The notes below the pieces were generated by a model. It was given only the letters and a program-made list of their open reading frames with translations, was not told where the DNA came from and ran no database searches. A stretch of DNA of 64,000 bases from the human T2T-CHM13v2.0 reference genome, Homo sapiens, in NCBI RefSeq assembly GCF_009914755.1, contig NC_060941.1; one strand, 5' to 3'. This document shows, one piece after another, positions 1 to 13,796 of this stretch. Each line of letters starts with the position of its first letter. Position 1 is the first letter of the stretch. The position numbers were made by a program, and so were the translations under genes.

Positions 1-3000
1 TTAGCCTGAAAAACAGAAGGTCTACGTTCCCTTAAAGGCAACTAACTATGCATTCTCTCACCTTAATAAAAAGGTGTAGTGGGGACTACAATCCAAATCA
101 GTGAATAATCAAAAATGTTTCTATTATACTTTGAGATGCACTACTTTTTTATTAGGGGCAGACTTTCCTAATTGTATAGAAAGAAGTAAATATGCATAAG
201 ATAGACAAAGTACACACACTGACTAATGAGAGAAGCTACATATCCCAAAGTTTTCCGAGAAGAAAGATGTTTTCAATTTGGGATATAAAAAGGTAGCTAA
301 TCCATATATTTTTAAAAGACTCTATAAAAATGCTCTTTATGTGCTCAGAATTAAATTACTGCATCTAAATATACTAATAATTAAAATCAAGAGATCTCTT
401 CCTGGACATTTGTGCATGCCCTCATATCCATATTTTTGTTAGAGAATAGATAGCTTTTACTATATTTTCAAAAAAAGAACCCAGGCCTATCACAGGGTTG
501 ATCTTTTTAAAATCCAAAGCACTTCACACCCATTGCTTCAATCTGAGCAACACTTTTAAATATTCTTTAGCTAAGAGGCCTTGAAATAGACTTCCTTGAT
601 TTTCTATCTAATGATAAGATATTTATTTGTGAAGACATAGGAAATGTCAAAAATGTACAACTATCCTGAAAACTAACACAATAAAGCTGATAATCTACTC
701 ACACCTTGACTCATCAAATGAAACCCTCCTGGACAAAAAGCAAGAAAACACATTGTCCTCTACACCCGACTGCCCCCCCAATCTCAGAGACCTAGAGTTG
801 GTACCTGCCAGAAACTGAACATCTGCCTCTCCTAATCAGCTACCAATATTTGAAAAAGATATCTTTTCATATCCAAATTGGGACTGACATGCTTTCATGG
901 AAATGGAGGAAAAAAGACAATGAGGATTTGAGGGGTCTAAAGGCAGTGGCCTGCCAGATTAAATCACATTCCCACAGTAAAACAACAAAGGCAAAAAGTG
1001 ATCGGGAGAACTCTCATGATTTTATAGTTTGAAACTCAAGTACAAAGCCTTTTGTTTTTATCTAGATTCATTATTATTGTTGTTGATATATTTTTTATGT
1101 TCTTCATACTTTATTGTGAACAGCTGCTGGGGAATAAGATGAGATCCCAACTCAGTATAGCAAGACCAAACCAGATAAATCCCTGATAGAAACTTGAAGT
1201 GGAACTGGAAGGTGTGCACATCAAACTGTCCTGGACCTGTAAACCCGAGAAGAGAATTTAAAAGAACTGTGAGCAGGAATAAAGAAAATCCACACATCCT
1301 GACAGAGAGAGTATCAGGACAGAAACTACCCCATTCACAAATGTGTTTCTGATTCTTTCAAAATATTACCATAAGGAGTTAAAAGGGTCCAATTAACAAT
1401 GGACCTGGATGGAAGAGAAAATATTTGCAATGACTGCAACTTCTACAGCCACTTACCTGAAAAGATCTACTACTGTTTTACTGTATGATACCACAAATAT
1501 GTTTCTCTCTCAAAATTATCAAAGTGGGAAGCCACTTGTCTCCTTGATTTTTCCTAATTTATATTAATTTAAGGATAAATTTATCCACATTTGGTACTGT
1601 TCTCACCCCATGGTGCATTTCAATTTCTAATTTCATTGAAGTTTAAAAAACATTTAATGACTAAGATACAAATACTTATAGAATTTATATTCATCTCTTT
1701 GATCTTTACAGGTGATTTAACAAAAGCCAATTCTAATTCTTTGGGAGTCACATATATCAGCCCTTCTTTTGCTTGTCCTGATTCTGTCTTATTCAGAATA
1801 TTTCCATTGAATCCACTGAAGAATCCCTTTCAGAGAGTCAAACTTGCTAATCCCAGTAGTTATAAGATATGAAATATGACGCCATGTTTCCATGTTCAGT
1901 CTCTGTGTCTCTGCCGTCATCATTCCCACCATCACAACCTCAGCCCTATCCTCCCTATCAACTCCTTCATAACCTCTCATCTCCACCACCCCCTGTCCTA
2001 CCTCCATAATTGATCAGTATGCTCTAGCTTTCTCCTTTTCCCAGGACTACTGGAGCTTGTAAATAAGACACTATCTCAGAAATTAGGATCTGCAGGCCCT
2101 TCTCTCCCAAGTTTCCTCCTCCATTCTGAATTTCTTTTGCTACCATTAACTTTATTAACATAGGCCCCCTCACCCTGAAACTTTAGAAGCTCATTGTAGA
2201 ACAGATGTTCTTCCTGAACCCTACCTATGTGGTACCCCTTTCTCTAGATTAATCTCTGCTATCAATTCAGATAAGGAACCTCTGCCTGGACATCTGACTT
2301 CCATCCCTTTCATGCCTCTCCTCAAAGATCTGTCAGAGGACTTTCCAATTCCCTTCCCAGAACCAAGCTCCATAACCAAGTATATTTCTCAGCCTTTATA
2401 CTTGAGTGATCCATATTTCTTTTCATGCTTACCAGACTTTTTGTCTAAACCTTATATACTACATCAAAGTCCTTCAGAGTTACAGTTATAAGCTGTGTTC
2501 CTTTGTTTCTGGTTTGTGTTTCTTAGATATCATTGCCTCCTTGACTCTTACTAGTTTGAAATACAAATCTAATTTCTAGCAGCAGGTATCCTAGATTTAA
2601 TCACATAAAGTATAGGAAGATTTAGCTTTTTGTGCTCAATTCTTCAAAAAAAAAAAAAATAGCACACATAGTCCAGATTTGAGGAGAAACAATTCAGTGT
2701 ATTGAGCTTTTAGATTTATTTCAGTGTGCTGGGAATATAAATATCCTTACATGACTTCTATAAAGAAAAAAAAAAAGTACTCCTGGAAGTCTATAAAATT
2801 CCCAAAATTTGAGGTAAGATTCATGTGCCCTGTGTTCTTGTTGAAAAAGAAATAACCTGAATTGTGCTCTAAATAAAGAAGATCCATTACTTTCAATGGT
2901 TTGTCTTAGGCAAGCTGATTGCCAAGCAGGAAACATGCTGAACTAGGTCATATGACAAAAGGCCAGTTTGAGAGCATGAAAATAATAATTTTCATCTGCT

Positions 3001-3339
3001 TCACGGTTGCTACCACTTCCCTTTGCTACCAAATCAGAAAATCATCAATGTAAAAGAATACATGAAATAAAAATGCTAGGAGGTGGAGGCAGCTTAACAA
3101 TGTTCACTTTTTCCTCATAGAGACCCCAAAGCTTTGTGATCTAGGATTGCATACAATTTAAAGAACCCAGAGTCATAAGCTTAGGGAGAGGACAAAGCAG
3201 CACTGAAGGCTGTACCAACTATCATATAAAGAAATTCCCTGTTATGCCATAGTGACTTGTTTCCCTGCTCTGTTGACTTCTGTGTCACAATTAGGAAAAT
3301 GCTTTTGGCATCCAAAGACACATATTCAGAAATAGACTG

Positions 3340-3797
3340 AAAGACTGCAGCCAGCTTCTTTGACTATAAGCAACAAAAATAAACACCGACCCACTTAAAA
3401 AGGAAATGATTATTTGTTGGAAAGATCTTGGGTAGCTCACGTAGTCAGTAGAACAGCTGGAAAACCTGGCCCTAAGAAGGAGTTCTGGGTAGCAGTGCCA
3501 TACTAAGCCATCTGATCAAAGTGCCCACACTAGAATGAAGAAGCTCTAAATATTTTTCCATGTTTTTATAGCACCACCAATATCATAGGAGAGATTCTAA
3601 ATTAGCCAAACTTAGATCATGTGCCCACTCCTTGGACAGGAGAATAAAGACTAACTTAATTTACAGTGCCAACAAGATGGCACAGAATCAGAGAAAAGTT
3701 GTTACTCAAAAGTTAATTGGAATGCTATTACAAAAAAGCAGGCGGTGGCTGGGAAATAAATGCTGAGTTGTTGAACATGCAACAAATTTCCACTACA
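3340..3797 (-). mobile_element. Old MaLR solo LTR (MLT1K/L-like), degraded
   Basis: Reverse-strand MLT1-type motifs ('aagcaacaaaaat...ttgttggaaagatcttgggtagctcac', 'tagatcatgtgcccactc', end 'ccactaca'). Boundaries approximate. Confidence 0.55.
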
Positions 3798-4761
3798 TGG
3801 CTTGATATATTTATGTAAGATATGTATCTTTCTTCCTTGTTATTCTTTCTGCTCAAATGCTCTTTGTAAGGTCACTCAGCCTATTAGGAGATGCCACCCT
3901 GCCTATAAAGACAGTTCACAGAATTCTTGCAACTGAGTTGCAATTCAGATCTTGAGAAGGTGTGCTAAAGTAGCCCATGTAACTTGCTCTGTCCTCATGA
4001 ACCATGACCCTGACTTAAACTCACTAGGTTACTGCTGCCCTTGGTAATAAATTCAGTGCCTGTCAATTTTTACAAATGTTTTAGGTGAAAGAGTTTGAAG
4101 AACCATCCTCTCTTTTCTGCCTCACTAGAGATTCCTCCAGGAAAAAATATAGTTCTTTAACCTCTACTACAAATACCTCCTGCTAGCTAGACCTACATCT
4201 CTCTAGGCAGTGTCTTGGAACTCAAGACAGCATTTTTAATTGTCTTGAGAGTATAAAGAAAGAAAAAGAGAGAGAAAGGATGAACACGAAACAGTGAAGA
4301 ATGGCATGCACATATTTTGTCCGTTTGGAGAGCAGTTATTTCACCTGCACTAAGACAATCAACACAAAGTAAAAACACCAGTTGTTTTTGTCCTACACAG
4401 TAGGCCATAAGACCAATGTGACTGATTCCTTTAAATGAAATTAACAAATTACTTAAGGTTCTAATGATCAAGCTGAGAATTTGCAATGGGATACAACAGA
4501 AAAATAATAGCATTTGGTAAAAAAAAAAAAAAATCAGACCTGAATTTACATCTCTGCTTCTCTATTAACTAGACAAAATAATGAACCCTCCTAAACCTTA
4601 TCCAGTATCTCTAAATTGATTTCATTTTGTTGTATTCAATGAGAGAATATATATAAAGTGGCTTGTACTTACTCAATAATGATCATTCATTCTACTGTCT
4701 TTGGTACAATTAAAAGAAGAACATCCGGAGCACACAAGAAAGTCTACTCATATGCACTTCT

Positions 4762-5690
<929 letters not shown>

Positions 5691-5919
5691 GAAGAAATTC
5701 TTGAAAACAATTATCATTCCCCACACTAAACACATTTTAATTCTAGTCACACACTTCTGGCTACAGCCAAGGTTACCCATGCATTTTTAAAAAGTATATT
5801 TAACATAACATTTCAAGTGTTGTCTATCCGGTTCCAAGTACAAAGAAACTATTTACCTCAGTTGCTCTGTATACACAAGTTCTATCAACAAAATCTAAGG
5901 TCATATTTACTTAAAAAAA

Positions 5920-7703
5920 AAAAAACTGCATGGCAAGATGAAGTAGCAGTGGCTGGACTGATTCCTGCCTGCAGTAATTTTAAAATTGGGCAAAATACAT
6001 GAAATAGGTTTTTCAGACATTTTATGTTGAGTAACACAGGATCATGATCCTTGAGAAAACTGAAGCAAATGTGAGTCCCACACTTGTTCTAGCTTATTAT
6101 CTGCAAAGTTTCCACACCACTGATTCAAGGAGATAAATCTAAGAATCCACAGTGGCAAGAGTTCCCAGAGCAAACTACCATGGAGGAGAGGGAAACTGCA
6201 CAAAGAAGTGGCTCTAGAGGTTTGTAGAGAGTTCCCCTTGAAGCTTCAGCTGAGAACTTACCAGCACATGCATATAGGGAAAGTATGCAAGTTCAAGGAA
6301 AGAACCATTCAAAAGGACTAGAGGGAACAGTCTCCAGAGTTCACTTGGCACCAGGAATAGTTTGTGTCCTCACCAGGCAGAATGAAAGAACTTTGTAACA
6401 CATTGGCAACATTGAGTATTCAGAAGGGCATAGTAATGGAGAAAGATTAGGCATAGACTAAAGACTGCTCTGCTCCATATTAAAAAGTTTCAAAGCAAGC
6501 TTAGAAAGGATAAAATAGTTTCCATATAACTTAGTTGCATTCCAGAATAAGTAGAAAGTAGAAATCAAAATATGAATTACAAAGTATTTTGAACTAAGTA
6601 AAAATAAAATATCAAAATTAGCAGGATGCAGCAAACACAGCATCTAGAGGGAAATTCATGGCACTTAAAACTTACATTAGAAAAGAAGAAGGTCTCCAAT
6701 CAGAGAACAGCTCAGTTGTGGAGACCCTAGCCCAGCAGTGCTAGAGGAATTAAAGACACACACACAGAAATATAGAGTGTGGAGTGGGAAATGAGGGGTC
6801 TGACAGCCTTCAGAGTTGAGAGCCTCAGTTAGAGATTTACCCACATATTTATTGACAGAAATCTAGTGATAAACATTATTTCTGTAGATTATAGATTAAC
6901 TAAAATATTCCTTACAGGAAACAAAGGGATGGGCCGAAATAAAGGGATGGGCTTTGGCTAGTTATCTGCAGCAGGAACATGTCCTTAAGGCACAGATCAC
7001 TCATGCTATTGTTTGTAGTTCAGGAAAGCCTTTAAACGGTTTTCTGCCCTGGATGGGCAAGGTGTTCCTTGCCCACATTCCAGTAAACTGACAACCTTCC
7101 AGCACGGGCGTCATGGCCATGAAGAACATGTCACAGTTCTGCAGAGATTTTGTTTATGGCGAGTTTGAGGGCCAGTTTATGGCCAGATTTGGGGGCCTGT
7201 TCCCAACATGACTTTAAACAACAACAACAAAAAAGACCAAATTGTAACCAAAATGAGTGGAAGAAAGGAATAACATCAGAGTACACATCAATGAAATAGA
7301 AAACATAAAAGCAATAGTGAAAATCAATAAAAACACCAAGAGTTGGTCCTTTGAATAGACAAATGAAAGTGATAAATCTCTAGCCAGATCCATCAGTATA
7401 AAAAGGAAAGACATAACCTAAAAGAGAGAGGAGACATAACTACAGATCCCACAAATAATAAAATATAATATAAGGGAATATTATAAATACTATACCTACA
7501 AATTTGAGATATCCAATAAAATGGAAAGATTCCTTGAAATACATAACTATAATTCACTCTAGAATAATTAGATAATCTGTACAGCTCTAATACCCATTAA
7601 AGATATTGGATTTGTATTTTAAAAATATTTCCACAAAACAAATTAGGGCTCAGGTGTTTTCGCTGGTGAATTCTACAAAAGATTTAAAAAGAAAATAATA
7701 CAA
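5920..7703 (+). mobile_element. Old L1M fragments (5' region and ORF2), interrupted by MER9
   Basis: ORF2-like text ('gagggaaattcatggcacttaaaacttacattagaaaagaagaa', 'aaaatcaataaaaacaccaagagttggtcctttgaa', 'ggtgaattctac') on both sides of the LTR. Confidence 0.7.
6701..7208 (-). mobile_element. MER9 solo LTR (HERV-K HML-3)
   Basis: Reverse complement begins TGTTGGGAACAGGCCCCCAAATCTGGCCATAAACTGGCCC, the MER9 5' end. About 500 bp, AATAAA on the minus strand near 6850. Confidence 0.9.
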
Positions 7704-7958
7704 TTTTTTTTTAGATACAGGGCCTTGCTCTGTTGCCCAGCCTGGAGTACAGTGGCATGATTATAGCTCATTGCAGCCTTGAACTCAGGTTCAAGGGATC
7801 TTCCCACCTCAACCTCCCAAGTAGCAAGGACTAAAGGCATGCACCACCGTGCCTGGCTAATTTTTTAATTTTTTGTAGAGATGGAGTTATGTCGTGTTGC
7901 CCAGGCTGGACTCAAACTCCTATGCTTAAGCAATCTTACTGCTTCAGCCTCCCAAAGT
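7704..7958 (-). mobile_element. AluJ, 5'-truncated
   Basis: Poly(T) followed by AluJ-type 'atagctcattgcagccttgaactc'. Stops at 'cctcccaaagt'. Confidence 0.9.
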
Positions 7959-7961
7959 ACA

Positions 7962-10900
7962 TTTTTTTTAATTTTTATTTTTTAATTTGTGTAGGTGTAT
8001 AATAGGTGAATGTATTTATGGAGTACATGAAATATTTTGATATAGGCATGCAATGCATAATAATCACATCAGGATAAGTGAGTTGCCCATCACCTCAAAC
8101 ATTTCTCCTTTATTTAAGTTACAAACAATCTAATTGAACTCTCTTAGTTATTTTTAAATGCACAATAAATTATTATTGACTGTAGTCACCCTGTTGTGCT
8201 ATCAATTATTAGATCATATTCATTCTATCTATCTATATTTTTGAAGCCATTAGCCATCTCCATTTCCACCCCCTACCTGCTCTAGTTCCCAGCCTCTGAT
8301 AACTATCATTCATTCTCTATCTCCATTAGTTTGTTTTAATTTTTAGCTCCCACAAATAAGCAAGAACATGCAAAGTTTGTCTTTCTGTGTCTGGCTGATT
8401 TCACTTAACATAATGACCTCCAGTTTTATCCATGTTGCTGCAAATGACAGGGTTTCTTTCTTTTTTATGGTTGACTAGTACTCCATTGTGTATATGTACC
8501 ATATTTTTTAATCCATTCTTCTGTCGATGGACACTTAGGTTGCATCCAAATCTTGGCTATTGTGAATAGTGCTGCAATAAACATAGGAGTGCAGATATCT
8601 CTTGGATATTCTAGTTTCATTTTTTTTAAATATATACCTAGCAGTGGGATTGCTGGGTTGTATGATAACTCTATTTTTCATCTTTGAGGAACCTCCAAAC
8701 TGCTCTCTGCAGTGGTTATACTAACCAGCAGTGTATGAGGATTTCCTTTTCTCCACATCCTCACCAGCATTCATTAATATCTGTCTTTTAGATAAAAGAC
8801 ATTTTAACTAGGGTGAGGTGATATCTCATTGTGGTTTTGATTTGTATTTCTCTGATGATCAGTGATGTTGAGCACCTTTTCATATACCTGTTTTCTATTC
8901 GTATATCTACTTTTGAGAAATGTCTATTCAAATCTTTTGCCTACTTTTAATCAGATTATTAGATTTTTTTCTTATAGAATTGTTTGAGCACCTTATATAT
9001 TCTGGTTCTAATCCCTTGTCAGATGGGTAGTTTGGAAATAGTTTCTCCCATTCTGTGGGTTGTCTCTTCATTTTATTGATTGTTTCCTCTGCTGTGCAGA
9101 AGCTTCTTATCTTGATGTGATCCCATTTGTCCATTTTTGCTTTGGTTGGCTCTGCTTATGAGGTATTACTCAAGAAATCTTTGCCCAGTTCAACATTCCA
9201 GAGAGTTTCCTCAATGTTTTCTTTTAGTAGTTTTAAAGTTTTAGGTCTTAGATTTAAGTATTTAATCCATTTTGATTTGAAATTTGGATATGGTGAGAAA
9301 TAGGGATCTAGTTTCATTCTTCTGCATAGCGATATCTGATTTTCTCAGCACCATTTAATAAAGAGACTGTCTTTTCTCCCAACGTATGTTCTTGGCTCCT
9401 TTGTTGAAAATGAGTTCACTGTAGATGTACAGATTTGTTTCTTTTTTCTCTATTCTGTTCTATTGGTATATGTGTCTGTTTTCTTTCTAGTGTCATGCTG
9501 TTTTGGTTACTATAGCTTTGCAGTATAATTTGAAGTCAGATAATGTGATTCATCCAGGTTTGTTCTTTTGGTCAGAATAGCTTTGGCTATTACAGGTCTT
9601 TTGTGTTTCTATGTAAATTTTAGGATTTTTTTTTCTATTTCTGTGAAGAATGTCATTGGTATTTTGATAGAGGTTGCACTGAATCTGTAGATTGTTTTGG
9701 GTAGTAGGGACATTTTAACATTTCTTTTACTGTTTATTTGCTGTTGGCATATAGAAATGCTACTGATTTTTGCATATTGATTTTGCCCTTCCAGATCTTG
9801 TAGGTGTGCTGCACTCTTCTTTATTCTTTTCTCTTTTGTCTCCTCTGACTATGAATTATCAAATAACCTGTCTTCAAGCTTACTCATTCTTTCTTCTGCC
9901 TGATCAGTTCTGCTATTAAGAGACTCAGATGCATTCCACAGTATGTCAATTGCATTTTCCAGCTCTAAAATTTCTGTTTGAACCAAAGGCTCTTTACTCA
10001 GCTTTTGGTGAATGCTGCCAGACCTGGACTCTCCCTTCACGGCAGTGGCACCCCCTGCCCCAGGGAAGGTCCAGTAATGCCACCTAACAGCCAAGGCCTC
10101 AAATCAGAAACCCAAAAAGCCTGTGCTCTAACCCACTGTGGCTGGGGTGATACCTAAGCTGCAAAACAAAGTCACCTTTAATCTTCCCTCTCCTTTTATC
10201 ATGCAGAAGGAGTCTCTCCCCACAGCCATGACAGCTGAGAATATACTGGGTCATACCTGAAGCCAGCACAACTCTATGTCTCCACCCAAGGACCACAGCA
10301 AGTACTGCTTGGCTACCACTGCTGATTATTCAGGGCCCTACGGCTCTTGAGTCAGGAAGTGATAAATCCTGCCAGGAGTGGCTCCTTCCCTTCAAGGCAG
10401 CAGGTTCCTTTCTGGCCCAGGGTGTATCTAGAAATGTCATCTAGGAGCTAGGGTCTGGAATGGAAGACTCATGATTCTGCCTGTTATATAATCCTGCTGC
10501 GGCTGAGTCGGTATCTGAGTTGCAAAACAAAGTCTGCTTTAATCTCCCCTCTCCTCTCCTCACATGGATGAAAGGAGTCTCTCCCAGAGCTGTGAGCTGT
10601 GCAATCTGGGGTGGGGGAAGGTGTGACACAAGCAGTTCCATGGCCACTCCAAGCTGGTGTCTCACTACGTTGCATGCCCCTCAACTCCACTGGCTTCAAG
10701 CCCAGCACAGCACCAGGACTAGCCCAGGAATTGTAATCCTTGTGGCCTAGACCGCCTTTCAGTTTTGCTTAGGACACCAGAGCACCTTAGCCTGCTATAG
10801 TGGGGCTCACTGGAACTCAGTTTCTGATTGCTGGGATAGGCAATCTTCCAGTGGCTAGGGCTGGTCTAAATGCTCCCTCCATGGGCACTGGCTGAGTTCT

Positions 10901-11288
10901 CCCTTGTACTGCTTTCTACTGTGACAGGGTAGCACTGAGTTCCAATGCAAAGTCCCACAATCACTGCACTCTCCCATTTCCAAGTGCATAGATTCTCTTT
11001 CTATGCCACACAGTTGCTGCTGGGGAAGTGGGGAAGCGTGGCCTTTTGATTCCCCTTGAATCAGGAATTCAAGACAATCTTTCTTACCTTCTTCAGTTCC
11101 TTTTTCAGTGGTATGAAGTTAAAACCAGGTACTCTGATCACTCACTTGACTTTTGGTTCCTATGAAGGTTCGTTTTTGCATGGATAGTTGTGCGGTTTGG
11201 CATTCCTGCAAGGAGGGCATTCAGTGAAGGCTTCTCTTTGCCCACCTTGCTTCACCTTCTCTTCGCCCATCTTGCTTCACCTTCTCTT
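7962..11288 (-). mobile_element. L1MA (L1MA1-3-like) element with 3'UTR, ORF2 C-terminus, ORF1 fragment and 5'UTR; internally deleted
   Basis: L1MA-type 3' end at 7962-8400. ORF 8928-9134 ([31 protein letters not shown]) is ORF2p C-terminal. ORF 9849-10094 (EILELENAI...LNSRTDQAEERMSKLEDRLF) is the ORF1p coiled coil. Repeated 5'UTR units at 10130-10700. Imperfect TSD caaag[t/g]aca[t/a]ttt at 7953-7965 and 11289-11301. Confidence 0.88.
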
Positions 11289-11472
11289 CAAAGGACAATT
11301 TCTTTTTGAGTTTGGAAAATATATCTTAAAGAACACAAAAAGCACAAAAGAAAAAAATTTTTTAAATTGACTTCACTCAAATTAAAAACTTCTTCTCTTC
11401 AAAAGGCATTGCTATAAAAATAAAAATATAACCCACCACCTGAGAAAAAATATTTGCAAAACATTTATCCAA

Positions 11473-11921
11473 TGCTATGGTTTGAATTCTTTCCCTCCAA
11501 AATTCATGTTCAAACCATTCTTTTTAGGGATTGGATCTTGCTATGCTGCCCAGGCAGGAGTGCAGTGGCTATTGATACATGCAGCGTCATCACACACTAC
11601 AGCCTTGAACTACCTCAGCCTTCTAAGTAGCTAAGACTACAGGCACATGCCACAGCACCCAGCTCAAATTTGAAACTTAATCCCCTTTTTGCTCTTCTGC
11701 CATGTGAGGACATAGCATTCACCCCTTTTTGCCCTTAACCTTCCATCATGTGAGAATACCTACACAGAGCCATCTATGAGAAACAGGCCACCAGACACCA
11801 AACCTGCCAATGCCTTGATCTTATACTTCCCAGCCTCCAGTACTGTGAAGACATACATTTCTGTTCTTAATAAATTACCCAGTCTCACATTTTGTTTTTA
11901 CAGTGCAAATGGACTAAGACA
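11473..11921 (+). mobile_element. MST (MSTC/D-like) MaLR solo LTR
   Basis: TGCTATGGTTTGAAT start; 'cttcccagcctccagtactgtga'; end 'aaatggactaagaca'. Confidence 0.85.
11520..11664 (-). mobile_element. FAM fossil Alu monomer nested in the MST LTR
   Basis: Single monomer retaining the 7SL-like 'ggagtgcagtggctatt...cacactacagccttgaact' segment typical of FAM. Confidence 0.75.
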
Positions 11922-12589
11922 TTAAATAATGAACTTGTATCCAGACTATATAATGAACTCTTGCCACTCAAAAAGGATAAGACAACACCAAAAAAAAATG
12001 AGTAAAGATTTGAACACTGTACAAAAAAAAAGACCTAGAAATGATAAATAAGAATTTGACAAGATGCTCAACGTCATTAGTCACCAGGGAAGTGCAATGT
12101 CAAACCATAATGAGATAGCACGACTAGAACTGCTACAATTAAAACGCACACCAACTTTTGGTGAGAATATAGAGCACCAAGGAATATCATACACCATTGG
12201 TGGGAATGTAAAATGTTTATTAAAAATTTGGCAATTTTTAAAAATCTTAAACACATCTCTAATATATAACAGCCCTATCACTCCAATGAAAATGAAAGCA
12301 TAAGTCCATGTAAACATTTGTACACGAATGTTCGTAGTAGTTTGATTTGTAATAGGCAAAAACTAGAAAAACTCAAATGTCTATTAACTGTTGAATGAAT
12401 AAATAAAGCATTCTACTCAGCAATAAAAGTGAATGAACTATTGATACATACATCAACATGGATGAACCTCAGAATAATTATACTGAGAGAAGCTAGGCCA
12501 AAATAGAAGAGTATACACTGTATGATTCTACTTACATAAAATTCCAATCTCTAGAAACAAAAAGCTGACAACTTATGCTGTCTGGCCTA

Positions 12590-13790
<1,201 letters not shown>

Positions 13791-13796
13791 TATTTT

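Larger units (their letters stand above)
11290..12570 (+). mobile_element. L1ME-type ORF2 3' end and 3'UTR, interrupted by an MST LTR
   Basis: 'aaattgacttcactcaaattaaaaacttc', 'gaaaaaatatttgcaaaacattt', 'ggatgaacctcagaataattatactgag'. Confidence 0.75.

Noticed and set aside
10130-10700. ~360-bp-spaced imperfect direct repeat
   Set aside because: Expected repeated units of the L1MA 5'UTR, not a separate system.
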